From contig JANOSY010000087.1 of assembly GCA_031416075.1 (NCBI GenBank), positions 22,977 to 86,976 on the forward strand: DNA of 64,000 nucleotides, in the 5' to 3' direction. Each line of letters starts with the position of its first letter. Position 1 is the stretch's first letter. Under the pieces are notes generated by a model that was not told the origin of the DNA, searched no databases, and saw only the letters and a program-made list of their open reading frames with translations. Shown in pieces: positions 27,361 to 37,599 of this stretch. The position numbers and the translations under genes were made by a program. The DNA is from Candidatus Tenderia sp. Lineage in GTDB: Bacteria > Pseudomonadota > Gammaproteobacteria > Tenderiales > Tenderiaceae.

Positions 27361-28353
27361 ATGAGTACAGTAATCACGCCACCTTACGAAGCACTGGGGC
27401 CAGACCTCATCCTTGATGCGGTTGAGTCGCAAGGGTGGCACTGCAACGGTCGTTTTCTCGCCCTTAATAGTTACGAAAACCGCGTCTATCAAATCGGCAT
27501 TGAAGATGCCCCGGCGCTGGTGGCCAAATTTTATCGCCCCGAACGCTGGAGCGACGCCGCCATTCTGGAGGAGCACGCCTTTGCCGCCGAGCTGGTAGAG
27601 CAGGAGATCCCGGTGATAGCTCCGCTGGTTAATGGGCAGGGAGAGACCCTGCACCACTTCAAGGGGTTTCGTTTTGCCCTGTTTCGCAGTGCCGGTGGCC
27701 GCCATCCTGAGCTGGATCGTGATGAGCACCTGGAGTGGGTAGGGCGTTACCTGGGGCGTATTCACGGGGTCGGCAGACGCCATCAATTTAAACATCGTCA
27801 ACGGCTGGATGTTGAGAGCATGGCGGTGGGCTCCTACCAATTTCTGTTGGAGCAGGGGTTTGTGCCGCAGGAGTTGATGCTCGCCTACCGCACCATTGCT
27901 GAAGATGTGGTGAAGTCAGTCAAGTACCGTTTTGAGATGGTGGGGCCATTGCGTACCTTGCGGTTGCATGGCGACTGCCACGCCGGCAACGTGCTCTGGA
28001 CCGACGACGGACCGGCTATTGTTGATCTGGATGACTGCCTGACCGGCCCGGTGGTGCAGGATCTCTGGATGCTGTTGGCCGGTGATCGTGACGAGATGGA
28101 GCATCAGTTAAGCGTACTGATGCGTGGTTACGAGCAGTTTTTTGAGTTTGACCCGATGGAGCTGCTGCTAGTCGAAGCGTTGCGGACCATGCGCATGATG
28201 CACTACTCCGCCTGGCTGGCGCGGCGCTGGCACGACCCGGCGTTTACCACCGCGTTCCCCTGGTTCAATACCCCGCGTTACTGGGAGAATCAGATACTGG
28301 CGCTGCGTGAACAGCTGGCGGCGCTTGATGAACCGGCGCTGCGGTTGCGCTAA
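27361..28353 (+). CDS. srkA: Stress response kinase SrkA/RdoA (YihE)
   Basis: LNSYENRVY, KFYRPERW, LHGDCHAGN, VDLDD, DPAF..AFPWF. Confidence 0.93.
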   Translation: MSTVITPPYEALGPDLILDAVESQGWHCNGRFLALNSYENRVYQIGIEDAPALVAKFYRPERWSDAAILEEHAFAAELVEQEIPVIAPLVNGQGETLHHFKGFRFALFRSAGGRHPELDRDEHLEWVGRYLGRIHGVGRRHQFKHRQRLDVESMAVGSYQFLLEQGFVPQELMLAYRTIAEDVVKSVKYRFEMVGPLRTLRLHGDCHAGNVLWTDDGPAIVDLDDCLTGPVVQDLWMLLAGDRDEMEHQLSVLMRGYEQFFEFDPMELLLVEALRTMRMMHYSAWLARRWHDPAFTTAFPWFNTPRYWENQILALREQLAALDEPALRLR

Positions 28354-28460
28354 CCTGTTGCGGCAGGGCGGTGGCCACCCCCTTTCAGAAAAGTCCCCCT
28401 CTGCTTCGCTGTTAGAACCGCCGCTGTTACAATTAAGATAATTTAATGGTGGAGACTCTT

Positions 28461-28757
28461 ATGGATCAGACAACTTCGACTGCTGCCGTCAAGGTGGAGC
28501 TGTATACCAGCAACTACTGTGGTTATTGTGTTCGTGCCAAGGCGCTGCTTGAGCGCAAAGGGGTCTCCTACATCGAATACTATATTGATGAGCAGCCCGA
28601 GCGGGTGCCAGAGATGGTTGAGCGTGCCGAGGGCGCGCGCAGTGTGCCGCAGATATTTATTGCCGACCGCCACATTGGCGGGTGTGATGAACTCTATCAA
28701 CTGGAGCGGCGTGGTGTACTGGATGGACTGCTAGGGTTGGGTGATCAACAGCCGTAG
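28461..28757 (+). CDS. grxC: Glutaredoxin 3
   Basis: CGYC, SVPQIFI, IGGCDEL; start 28446 or 28461. Confidence 0.9.
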   Translation: MDQTTSTAAVKVELYTSNYCGYCVRAKALLERKGVSYIEYYIDEQPERVPEMVERAEGARSVPQIFIADRHIGGCDELYQLERRGVLDGLLGLGDQQP

Positions 28758-28811
28758 TTAAATTGACCGTAGTTAAATTGACCCTAGTTAAATTGACCCT
28801 AGTTAAATTGA
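28752..28811 (+). repeat. 4 x 15-bp tandem repeat CC(G/C)TAGTTAAATTGA
   Basis: Four contiguous units, the first containing the grxC stop codon. Confidence 0.95.
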
Positions 28812-28878
28812 ATAGATCCGTGCTGCGCCCCGTTCTGTCAGGCGCTGTTTTCTGGCCAGTGGCCATCTGGAGAGAGTC

Positions 28879-30078
28879 ATGAAGATTGGTACCCCTTTAT
28901 CAAACAGCGCCACACGAGTGATGCTGTTGGGCAGTGGCGAACTAGGCAAAGAGGTGATCATTGCCCTGCAGCGGCTGGGGGTCGAGGTGATTGCCGTTGA
29001 CCGTTACCCCAACGCCCCCGGCCATCAGGTGGCCCACCGTGCTCACGTGATTGATATGACCGATGGCGCGGCGTTGCGGCGGCTGGTGGAGCAGGAGCGG
29101 CCGCACCTGATTGTGCCGGAGATTGAGGCGATTGCCACCGATATGCTGGCCGAGATTGAGCGTGATGGCTTGGCGGAAGTGATCCCCACCGCCCGCGCCA
29201 CCCAGCTCACCATGGATCGTGAAGGGATTCGACGGCTGGCGGCCGAGACCCTGGCGCTGCCCACCTCCGGTTATGCCTTTGCCAGCAGTCTGAACGAACT
29301 GAAGATGGCGATTGATGGTGGTGTTGGTTACCCCTGTCTGGTTAAACCGGTAATGTCCTCCTCCGGCAAGGGGCAATCCTTCATCAAAACGGCTGACGAA
29401 GTGGCGGCCGCCTGGGAGTGCGCCATGAGTGCCGGGCGGGTGAAGGGAGGGCGAGTGATCGTTGAGGCGTTTATCGACTTCGATTTTGAGATCACCCTGT
29501 TGACCGTTCGTGCCATGGGTGAAGATGGCGCGATAGAGACCCACTTTTGTGACCCCGTCGGCCACCTGCAGGTGAAGGGGGATTATGTGGAGAGCTGGCA
29601 GCCGCAGGGTATGACCCCGCTGGCGCTGGAGCGGTCACAGGCGATTGCCAAGGCGGTGACCGACAATCTGGGTGGGCGTGGCCTCTTTGGTGTGGAGCTT
29701 TTTGTGAAGGGCGATCAGGTCTGGTTCAGCGAGGTCAGTCCGCGCCCCCACGATACCGGCATGGTGACCATGGTCACCCAATATCAAAATGAGTTTGCCC
29801 TGCACGCCCGTGCCATATTGGGATTGCCGGTGGATACACGGTTGCGATCCGTGGGCGCCAGCGCCGTGATCTATGGTGGTCTGGACCAGGTGGGCATCGC
29901 CTTTGAGGGGGTGGCGCAGGCGTTGCGTGTGCCCGAGAGTGAGGTGCGGCTGTTTGGCAAACCTGAATCGTTTGAGCGTCGCCGCATGGGTGTAGCGTTG
30001 GCCTCGGCCAGCAGTGTCAGTGAGGCGCGCAGTCGCGCCAAAACAGTTGCCGGCCTGGTGAAACCGGCCGCTGAATAA
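28879..30078 (+). CDS. purT: Formate-dependent GAR transformylase PurT
   Basis: [46 protein letters not shown]. Confidence 0.97.
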   Translation: MKIGTPLSNSATRVMLLGSGELGKEVIIALQRLGVEVIAVDRYPNAPGHQVAHRAHVIDMTDGAALRRLVEQERPHLIVPEIEAIATDMLAEIERDGLAEVIPTARATQLTMDREGIRRLAAETLALPTSGYAFASSLNELKMAIDGGVGYPCLVKPVMSSSGKGQSFIKTADEVAAAWECAMSAGRVKGGRVIVEAFIDFDFEITLLTVRAMGEDGAIETHFCDPVGHLQVKGDYVESWQPQGMTPLALERSQAIAKAVTDNLGGRGLFGVELFVKGDQVWFSEVSPRPHDTGMVTMVTQYQNEFALHARAILGLPVDTRLRSVGASAVIYGGLDQVGIAFEGVAQALRVPESEVRLFGKPESFERRRMGVALASASSVSEARSRAKTVAGLVKPAAE

Positions 30079-30082
30079 GGGG

Positions 30083-30109
30083 TCAAAGATTCCGGCCAGT
30101 GGCCGATAC
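30083..30109 (+). promoter_or_regulatory. sigma28-like promoter of HDOD gene
   Basis: TCAA-N15-GCCGATAC. Confidence 0.6.
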
Positions 30110-30160
30110 CCAACAAGTGAATGACAAATGGAGTTGGCATCTGGCTCAGGAGAAACAGTT

Positions 30161-31024
30161 ATGCCCATCGAAGCACGTGAACTTGTAAAAGGGGTTGGCA
30201 AGCTCGCCTCATTGCCCGAAGTGTGTGTCCGAGTGAATGAAATGGTCGATGATCCACGCTCATCGGCGGCGGCGATTGGCAAGGTGATCAGCCGTGATAC
30301 GGCGCTTACCGCGCAGCTGCTGCGGTTGGCCAATAGTTCGTTTTATAACTTTCCATCCAATATCAGTACCATCTCGCGTGCGATCATGATTATTGGTGAG
30401 CGTGAGTTGCGCTATCTGGTGCTGGCACTCTCGGCGGTACGTACGTTTACCAATATTCCGGTTGAGCTGACCAATATGGCGGTCTTTTGGCGTCACAACG
30501 TCTATTGCGCGGTACTGGCGCGGTTGATTGCTAACCGCTGCCATGTGCTGCACAGCGAACGGCTGTTTGTAGCAGGGATGCTGCACGATATTGGCCAGCT
30601 GGTCATGATGAGTCGAGTCCCCGATCTGGCGCGTCTTGCGTTACAGCGTGCCAGCGATGGCCATGAGACGCTGCACGAGGCTGAGCAGGAGGTGATCGGG
30701 TGTGACCACGCTGAGGTTGGCAGGGTGCTGCTGGAACAGTGGAAACTGCCACTGGTACTGTGTGAAACGGTGGGGTGTCACCATAACATCGCGGCGGCGG
30801 ATGAGGCGCGGCTGGATGCGGCGATTGTGCATCTTGCTACAGTGATTGCCAGTCGTGCGGAGCTGCCTGCTGATTATGATGGCCCGTTGCCACAGGTCGA
30901 CCCGCTGGCGTGGGAGCTGACGGCGCTGGATGAGTCGGTGCTGGAGGCCATTGTAGAAGAGGCGGCACCGATGTTTGCAGAGTCGTGGGCGATGATTCAA
31001 CCGCTGGTGCGCCACGCCAAGTGA
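30161..31024 (+). CDS. HDOD domain protein
   Basis: SLPEV, D.ALTAQLLRLANS, AGMLHDIG, DHAEVG..LLEQWKLP, HH. Confidence 0.92.
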   Translation: MPIEARELVKGVGKLASLPEVCVRVNEMVDDPRSSAAAIGKVISRDTALTAQLLRLANSSFYNFPSNISTISRAIMIIGERELRYLVLALSAVRTFTNIPVELTNMAVFWRHNVYCAVLARLIANRCHVLHSERLFVAGMLHDIGQLVMMSRVPDLARLALQRASDGHETLHEAEQEVIGCDHAEVGRVLLEQWKLPLVLCETVGCHHNIAAADEARLDAAIVHLATVIASRAELPADYDGPLPQVDPLAWELTALDESVLEAIVEEAAPMFAESWAMIQPLVRHAK

Positions 31025-31048
31025 GTGGTTGAGTAGTGAGATAAATAT

Positions 31049-31078
31049 AAAAGGCCGGGATTGTCCCGGCCTTTTTTA
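31049..31078. terminator. Bidirectional intrinsic terminator
   Basis: AAAAGGCCGGGA-ttg-TCCCGGCCTTTTTT between convergent genes. Confidence 0.85.
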
Positions 31079-31099
31079 TTGCCCGTTGCACATTAACTG

Positions 31100-32056
31100 C
31101 TATGCCGGGATATCTTCAAACAGGATGGAGGAGAGGTAACGCTCCCCTGAGTCGGGCAGGATGACCACGATGATTTTGCCAGCAAAGGCGGGATCATTGG
31201 CGAGCCGTTTGGCGGCGACCATGGCGGCCCCGCTGGAGATGCCACAGAGAATGCCCTCTTCGGCGGCCAGGCGGCGTGCCATCTCAATCGCCTCGTCATT
31301 ATTGATCCGTTCAACACGGTCGATCAGCTCCAGGTCCAGGTTGCCGGGGATAAAACCGGCACCAATGCCCTGAATTTTATGGGGTGATGGTTTAACTGCT
31401 TCACCGGCCATGGTTTGAGTGATCACCGGGCTGGCCTCAGGCTCCACCGCCACGGCGGTGATGGCCCTGCCTTTGCTCTTTTTGAGGTAGCGCGAGACAC
31501 CGGTAATGGTACCCCCTGTCCCCACCCCGGCGATGATGACATCCACCTGGCCATCGGTATCGTTCCAGATCTCAGGCCCGGTGGTGGTCTCATGAATGGC
31601 CGGGTTGGCGGGATTGTTGAACTGCTGCGGCATAAAGTAGTGATTCGGGTCTTGCGCCCGTAGCTCTTCAGCCTTGGCAATGGCACCAGGCATCCCCTTG
31701 GCCCCTTCGGTCAGTAGCAGGTTGGCCCCCAGCGCCTTCATCACTTTGCGTCGTTCGATGCTCATGGTTTCGGGCATGGTCAGGGTGATGGCGTAGCCCC
31801 GTGCGGCGGCAACAAAGGCCAGGGCAATGCCGGTATTGCCGCTGGTGGGCTCCACAATATGCATACCAGCCTTAAGCGCGCCGCGCTTTTCTGCATCCCA
31901 GATCATGGCCGCGCCGATGCGGCATTTTACCGAGTAGGCAGGATTGCGCCCCTCTATTTTGGCGAGTACTGTGGCGGTGGTGGTGCCGAGCACTCGATTA
32001 ATACGGATTAACGGGGTATTGCCGATAGAGTCTGTGTTGTCCTTGAAATAGTTCAT
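31100..32056 (-). CDS. cysK: Cysteine synthase A
   Basis: [42 protein letters not shown]. Confidence 0.96.
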   Translation of the reverse strand: MNYFKDNTDSIGNTPLIRINRVLGTTTATVLAKIEGRNPAYSVKCRIGAAMIWDAEKRGALKAGMHIVEPTSGNTGIALAFVAAARGYAITLTMPETMSIERRKVMKALGANLLLTEGAKGMPGAIAKAEELRAQDPNHYFMPQQFNNPANPAIHETTTGPEIWNDTDGQVDVIIAGVGTGGTITGVSRYLKKSKGRAITAVAVEPEASPVITQTMAGEAVKPSPHKIQGIGAGFIPGNLDLELIDRVERINNDEAIEMARRLAAEEGILCGISSGAAMVAAKRLANDPAFAGKIIVVILPDSGERYLSSILFEDIPA

Positions 32057-32152
32057 TGGCGCTGCTCTCCCTGGTAGTGTGAATGTGGCGTAGTGCAGGG
32101 CAGCTTAACGCAGCAGTTTGTGAAAGACCATAGTTCTGAGAGGATGTTCTAA

Positions 32153-32878
32153 ATGAGACGAGTATTGGCAGCAATGCTACTGAGTGGCTGGTGGGGCGCG
32201 GGTATGGCCGCCAGTGTGGAGGGTGTTAACACCTTATCGCAAAGTGAATTTGAGCTGATTACCCAGGATCTGGCCGCGGCTTTCAGTTACAAGGCGGGGG
32301 CGTCATCCGCGCCGCTGGGGACAACCGGTTTTGATCTGGGGGTCTCGATGGTGGTGACAGAGATCATTCCTGAACACGAGGCCGCCTGGAAGAAGGCGAT
32401 GAGTGGTGAGTCGCTTAAGGTGTTGGCGGTGCCCAAGCTTTACCTGCAAAAAGGGCTGCCGTTTGATGTGGATTTGGGGGCCTATTATCTGTCGTTGCCA
32501 GGTTCCAATCTGCAGGCGTGGGGGGGGGAGATTAAATACGCGATCCTTGATGGTGGCATCTCGATCCCTGCGGTGGCGATACGGCTGGCGGCAACCTCAC
32601 TGTTTGGTGTGGAGCAGTTTACCCTTAATACCCGCTCTGTTGATGTTGGCATCTCCAAACGGTTTCTGTTTCTGACCCCATATGCGGGTATTGGCCGTGT
32701 CTGGTCCGTGAACACCCCCATGGGGAATGCAGAAGGGGTGCTGGATAAGGTGGATCTGGTGGAGGACCGGACTTTTGTCGGGCTCTCTTTCACCCCTGGC
32801 GGCTTGCAGGTGGCGCTGGAGCGTGACACGGTGGGCGAGGTTATCTCTTACAATCTTAAGTTGGGGCTTGGATTTTAA
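32153..32878 (+). CDS. Putative outer-membrane beta-barrel protein
   Basis: Signal peptide, alternating beta-strand pattern, C-terminal YNLKLGLGF. Confidence 0.65.
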   Translation: MRRVLAAMLLSGWWGAGMAASVEGVNTLSQSEFELITQDLAAAFSYKAGASSAPLGTTGFDLGVSMVVTEIIPEHEAAWKKAMSGESLKVLAVPKLYLQKGLPFDVDLGAYYLSLPGSNLQAWGGEIKYAILDGGISIPAVAIRLAATSLFGVEQFTLNTRSVDVGISKRFLFLTPYAGIGRVWSVNTPMGNAEGVLDKVDLVEDRTFVGLSFTPGGLQVALERDTVGEVISYNLKLGLGF

Positions 32879-32891
32879 AGATCCTTGGGTT

Positions 32892-33542
32892 TTAAAGATC
32901 GTAGTGTCTGCCAAAATAGAGCCTTCCGCCCCGCTGATGTCGCTGTTCTGATTCAAAGCCGATGTAGCCACCGTCACCCAAGTCAATCTTGAGTCCGGCG
33001 CAGTAACCGTTGCGCTGGTCGTTGTTAAAGTCACGCTGTGAGGGGTTGCTGCTGTTGACTGTCTGACTGCCGCTGATGTAGGTGACGACTGTGCAACCGT
33101 AGAGCGTTGCCCGGGGGCTGAGATGCAGCGCCAGCCAGCCGCGTGCCTCGCTCTGGTGCCAGTCAATATCCATCTGCTGCAGGTCGAACTGTTGATCGGC
33201 AGTGTAGTAACGGTAACCCGCATCGGCACCGATCTGTAGTGAGTGCCAACGTGGTGAGGAGAGTGTCAGGTTAAGACCGGCGCTGTAACCGTCGGTTTGA
33301 AAGCCGAGCGCGGCGGGGTCACCGTCGTGGCGCACCCCGATACGTCCTAAAACCAGCTCCAGCCGCACCGGCAGTGTTGTAGCTTCACTGTAGCGGATCC
33401 CCAGGCCATCAATGTTAAGGCTGCTGCCATCACTGAGCGGCACGGTATGGTGGTTAAACTCCAGCGCCAGCGCCCCAATCTCGCCAGCGGTTAAGGTTGC
33501 GCCCTGAAGCCCAAACAGAAGTGCAGTGATTATCCGTTTCAT
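32892..33542 (-). CDS. Putative outer-membrane beta-barrel protein
   Basis: Signal peptide MKRIITALLF, amphipathic strands; ATGA overlap with upstream transporter. Confidence 0.6.
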   Translation of the reverse strand: MKRIITALLFGLQGATLTAGEIGALALEFNHHTVPLSDGSSLNIDGLGIRYSEATTLPVRLELVLGRIGVRHDGDPAALGFQTDGYSAGLNLTLSSPRWHSLQIGADAGYRYYTADQQFDLQQMDIDWHQSEARGWLALHLSPRATLYGCTVVTYISGSQTVNSSNPSQRDFNNDQRNGYCAGLKIDLGDGGYIGFESEQRHQRGGRLYFGRHYDL

Positions 33543-34456
33543 CCACCAAGCCAACCGTGCCAAAGGGGTAGTGTTACCAATGTGAGCGCCGTACTTAAGG
33601 TGACGGCGATGACATAGAGTTCGGTATTAAGTCCGTAACGGTCGCACAGTACCAGTCCGATGACAACACTGGGCATGGCGGCCTCCATCGTCACCCCCAT
33701 TAATAGCTCGCCACTCAGTCCCAGCCACTGTGCCACGGACATGACAATCAGCGGCATGACCATCAACTGCAACAGCAGCGTGGGTAGCAGCAGGGGCAGA
33801 TAACGCAGCTCCCAGCTCGACCACTTCAGCGCCATGCCCAGTGAGATCAGCATCAGTGGAATCACGCCATTGCCGAGCATCTGCAGCCAGCCCTCCACCG
33901 CCTGAGGCATGGGTACGCCGGATAGGTTAAGGGTGATCGCCAGCAGCGCCGCCCAGAGTGGTGGCACCTTGAGCAAGGTTTTGAGCGGATGGGCTTGCCC
34001 CTGGTGATCACCGTAGGCGGCGGCCAGCAGAATGCCCAGCGTCAGCAGAATCGGGGTGCAGGCAAACAGGTCGTATTGCAGTGCAATGCTGCGCCCGGTG
34101 GGGCCAAGCAGCTGCTCCAGTACCGGTAACCCCATGTAGGTGGCGTTGGGAAAACAGCCCGCCAGGATCAACGCCCCGGCACTGGCGCGGGCGGTCCCGG
34201 TAAGACGAAATAGCCCCCACGCCAATGCCAGGGTACCCAGTATGCCGGCGGCGGCCGCCAGGGCAATCCGTCCACTGTCCATTCCCAGGGGTGTGCGCCA
34301 CAAAACAGCCAGCACCAGCGCCGGTAGCAGCAGCGAGTAGACCAGCCCGGTCAATACCTGCCGTGCCACATCGGCATCAATGCCCATGGGGCGCGCCGCG
34401 CGCCATAGGGTGCCACAGAGGATGAGCGCGGCCATCTGAATTAGAACCTGAAACAT
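33539..34456 (-). CDS. AEC (auxin efflux carrier) family transporter
   Basis: FPNATYMGLP, PPLWA, PLMLISLG, MEAAMPS; about 10 TMs. Confidence 0.9.
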   Translation of the reverse strand: MFQVLIQMAALILCGTLWRAARPMGIDADVARQVLTGLVYSLLLPALVLAVLWRTPLGMDSGRIALAAAAGILGTLALAWGLFRLTGTARASAGALILAGCFPNATYMGLPVLEQLLGPTGRSIALQYDLFACTPILLTLGILLAAAYGDHQGQAHPLKTLLKVPPLWAALLAITLNLSGVPMPQAVEGWLQMLGNGVIPLMLISLGMALKWSSWELRYLPLLLPTLLLQLMVMPLIVMSVAQWLGLSGELLMGVTMEAAMPSVVIGLVLCDRYGLNTELYVIAVTLSTALTLVTLPLWHGWLGG

Positions 34457-34571
34457 GGGATTGCCTGTGTGGAGCGGGTTAGTACGGTTGCGGGAACGGC
34501 GCGATTGTAACTGATTGCCATGTATGAAGTGAGGGATTGGCCCGGTCAGCGCCCAGCCTCCGGGGCGGGGG

Positions 34572-34620
34572 TGGTCAGGTCTGGTCAGGTCTGGGTGGTA
34601 CGGGTGGTACGGGTGGGTAC
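34572..34620. repeat. Short tandem repeats at the end of the Crp-like gene
   Basis: (TGGTCAGGTC)x2 covering the stop codon, then GGGTGGTAC x2-3. Confidence 0.75.
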
Positions 34621-35322
34621 GTGCTGCAGATAGTGGTGCAGCTGCTCGGCATTAAGCTGAAAAGCAATGTGGCCATCGGCGCTGAGTTCAAGGTCGTCGA
34701 TGATAGCCATCTGTTTGAAGCTCGTCAGTACATTGGTGATCTCGTGCCGTTTCAGCTCGCTGTCGGCCATGATGGCGTAAAACTCGTGGTGTTGCATGCC
34801 GGTATCATCAACCGGGCGCTCTAATATATAGGTGCCCAGCTGAACCATGTGCAGGGAGTTGTTGAGGATTGAAAACCGGGTGTTGGCGGAGTCGAGTTTG
34901 AGTGAGAGTGATTTGAACAGCCGCAGGCTCAGATCCGGAAACCGTTGCAGGGCACCGATAAAGTCATCATTTTTCAGTGCCATCAGCGTTAACGGGGTTT
35001 TGGCCATGACGCTGCCAGAGCGGCGCAGATCAAGGAACAGCCCCATCTCACCAAACACTGATCCCTGCTGCGCGGTGGCAATGACAGAACCATTGCCATA
35101 GGCGTCGTTTTTGATGATGTCAGCTTCGCCACTGAGGATGATATAGACCTGCTGGCAGGCGTCCCCTTCGTGGAAGATCATCTCCCCCGCCTCAAATGAG
35201 ACCCGTTCACCAAAATCCATCAGATAACGGATAGTGGTGAGACGCAAGGTGCTTGAAATGGAGCTTTGCGAATCGTAGATGTTCATGAGCGGTCTCAATG
35301 ACGGGTATACCTCAACTATCAC
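34585..35322 (-). CDS. Crp/Fnr-family cyclic-nucleotide-binding protein
   Basis: IFHEGD, YIILSG, FGEMGL, RSGSV; C-terminal HTH-like region; start uncertain. Confidence 0.82.
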   Translation of the reverse strand: MIVEVYPSLRPLMNIYDSQSSISSTLRLTTIRYLMDFGERVSFEAGEMIFHEGDACQQVYIILSGEADIIKNDAYGNGSVIATAQQGSVFGEMGLFLDLRRSGSVMAKTPLTLMALKNDDFIGALQRFPDLSLRLFKSLSLKLDSANTRFSILNNSLHMVQLGTYILERPVDDTGMQHHEFYAIMADSELKRHEITNVLTSFKQMAIIDDLELSADGHIAFQLNAEQLHHYLQHVPTRTTRTTQT

Positions 35323-35468
35323 GGCCTAAATGGCTGGGGCTTGAGGCCAACAGGGTCTGTTGTGTATTGAAGTCACGTTTATAGTCGGTTATAACGGACT
35401 GATTTTTTTAGATTGGTCAGTCTGCTTTGGGTGAGAAAGAGTGCACCCTGATAATCCTGGGAGTTGTT

Positions 35469-36662
35469 ATGGAAGTCTTGCAGTCGGGGAGTGATGTGCT
35501 CCTGTTATTGATGGGGGCAGTGATGGTTCTGGCCATGCACGCCGGTTTTGCCTTCCTTGAGATGGGCACGGTGCGGCATAAAAATCAGGTCAATGCTCTG
35601 GTGAAGATCCTGGCTGACTTTGCCGTCTCCACCATCGCCTACTTTTTTATCGGTTATACCGTCGCTTATGGCGTCTCGTTTTTTGATGCCGCGCCGGTAT
35701 TGGCAGAGCAGAACGGTCTGGCGCTGGTGAAGTTTTTCTTCCTGCTCACTTTTGCCGCCGCCATCCCGGCCATCGTCTCTGGCGGCATTGCTGAGCGGGC
35801 CAAGTTCAACCCACAGCTGGCCGCCACCTTTGCGCTGGTGGGGCTGATCTACCCACTCTTTGAAGGCATGGCCTGGAACGGCAACTTTGGCATGCAGGCG
35901 TGGCTGGAGGCGACTTTCGGTGCCAAGTTCCACGACTTTGCCGGTTCCATTGTAGTGCACGCCGTCGGTGGCTGGATTGCGCTGGCCGCTGTGTTGCTAT
36001 TGGGGCCGCGCCATGGCCGTTACGGTAAGGATGGGGTGATGTACGCCCATCCACCCTCAAGTATTCCATTTCTGTCGTTGGGGGCTTGGATACTGACGGT
36101 GGGCTGGTTTGGCTTCAACGTCATGTCGGCGCAGACGGTGGTGGGCATCAGCGGTCTGGTGGCGGTCAACTCGCTGATGGCGATGGTGGGCGGGGTGCTG
36201 GCGGCGCTGGTGATCGGGCGTAACGACCCTGGCTTTGTGCACAACGGCCCACTGGCCGGGCTGGTGGCGGTCTGTGCCGGTTCTGATCTAATGCATCCGC
36301 TGGGAGCGCTCTTCACCGGCATTGTGGCGGGGGCGCTGTTTGTCTGGGCCTTCACCCTGACCCAAAACCGCTGGAAGATTGATGACGTTCTGGGCGTTTG
36401 GCCGCTGCACGGCCTTTGTGGGGTCTGGGGTGGTATCGCCGCCGGAGTCTTTGGATTGGAGATGTTTGGCGGCATGGGTGGTATTAGTTTCATGTCACAA
36501 CTGATTGGCACGCTGATAGGGGTGGCGATCGCCTTTGTTGGTGGGCTTATCGTCTACGGCATCCTCAAAAAAGTGGTTGGACTGCGGCTGACCCAAGAGG
36601 AGGAGTACCAAGGGGCCGATTTGAGTATCCACAAGATTGCGGCGACGCCGCAGCGTGAGTGA
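35469..36662 (+). CDS. amt: Ammonium transporter (Amt family)
   Basis: MHAGFAFLE, SGGIAER, DFAGSIVVH, GWFGFN, IDDVLGVWPLHG (both pore His present). Confidence 0.95.
   Translation: MEVLQSGSDVLLLLMGAVMVLAMHAGFAFLEMGTVRHKNQVNALVKILADFAVSTIAYFFIGYTVAYGVSFFDAAPVLAEQNGLALVKFFFLLTFAAAIPAIVSGGIAERAKFNPQLAATFALVGLIYPLFEGMAWNGNFGMQAWLEATFGAKFHDFAGSIVVHAVGGWIALAAVLLLGPRHGRYGKDGVMYAHPPSSIPFLSLGAWILTVGWFGFNVMSAQTVVGISGLVAVNSLMAMVGGVLAALVIGRNDPGFVHNGPLAGLVAVCAGSDLMHPLGALFTGIVAGALFVWAFTLTQNRWKIDDVLGVWPLHGLCGVWGGIAAGVFGLEMFGGMGGISFMSQLIGTLIGVAIAFVGGLIVYGILKKVVGLRLTQEEEYQGADLSIHKIAATPQRE
36482..36662 (+). repeat. Direct repeat copy 1 (amt 3' end, 181 bp)
   Basis: Matches 38719-38899 with 13 mismatches by hand alignment. 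Confidence 0.95.
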
Positions 36663-36920
36663 TCACTACTGTTAATAGGGTGCGTGAGTTCTGTGCGAGG
36701 CTATTGTATGAAAGATGGTTTATTTCTCCGACGAGGAAAAGGCGAGACCCTACTTGTCGAGAATGACACTTTATGGCGGAAGAGGTTGGCTATTGTATCA
36801 ACTCATGTCGTGAGGTTGTGCTTAATTGGAGCTGGTTACCCCGTGTATAGTGATTTGGCAGGGGGGCAAGCAGGTGTTTTGGTGGGTTACCACAATAGAT
36901 GGCAGTAACAAAGTGAATAA

Positions 36921-37583
36921 ATGAAAGTGATGGTGCCAACGCAACCAAAGATTTACCATATCGTACATGTGGATCGCCTACCCTCGATTATCGTGGATGA
37001 CCGACTGTGGTGCGATGCGGAAATCGTTCGGCGCGCCCCGCCGGGAACCACAATAGGTATGAACGGTATCAAGCAAAGGCGGCTTGGTTTGTCCCTGGCC
37101 AGTCATACGGGAGTGCATGTGGGTGATTGTGTGCCGTTCTATTTCTGCCCGCGCTCAATCATGCTGTATCTGATTTATCAGGCTAATCACTCTGAAATGA
37201 CCTATCGCGGCGGGCAAGAGCCAATTGTTCATCTGGAGGCGGATCTTCGCGCTTCCGTTGCATGGGCTCAACAAAATTACCAGCGTTGGGCCTTCACCCT
37301 GTCGAATGCGGGGGCCTATTACTTTGAGGATCGTTGTGACCTGGCGCAATTGGATGAAATCAATTGGGATGCCGTTCAGACCAATCGATGGGGTGGAAAC
37401 GGTATTGCAGCATCGGTCAAAGAAGGCAAGCAGGCGGAATTTCTGATGGAGCACAGCTTCCCGTGGCACCTGGTTGAACGCATCGGCGTGCATTCACGGG
37501 CGGTCTATCAGCAGGTGGTCAATGCCTTGCCTGCAGGTGGCCACCGGCCACAAGTTGAGATTAAATCAGAATGGTATTACTGA
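36921..37583 (+). CDS. darT: DarT ssDNA ADP-ribosyltransferase toxin (DUF4433)
   Basis: IYHIVHVDRLPSI, VPFYFCPRSIMLY, FTLSNA, KQAEFL with catalytic Glu. Confidence 0.92.
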   Translation: MKVMVPTQPKIYHIVHVDRLPSIIVDDRLWCDAEIVRRAPPGTTIGMNGIKQRRLGLSLASHTGVHVGDCVPFYFCPRSIMLYLIYQANHSEMTYRGGQEPIVHLEADLRASVAWAQQNYQRWAFTLSNAGAYYFEDRCDLAQLDEINWDAVQTNRWGGNGIAASVKEGKQAEFLMEHSFPWHLVERIGVHSRAVYQQVVNALPAGGHRPQVEIKSEWYY

Positions 37584-37599
37584 TAAGGAGACGGCAAAG

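Noticed and set aside
28752-28811. Possible CRISPR array
   Set aside because: Units are 15 bp and contiguous, with no spacers and no cas genes.
35323-35468. sigma54/NtrC promoter or glnK upstream of amt
   Set aside because: No GG-N10-GC motif or PII-like ORF found by eye.
36684-36908. Small ORFs upstream of darT as a third defence component
   Set aside because: No recognisable motif or good SD; cannot be supported.
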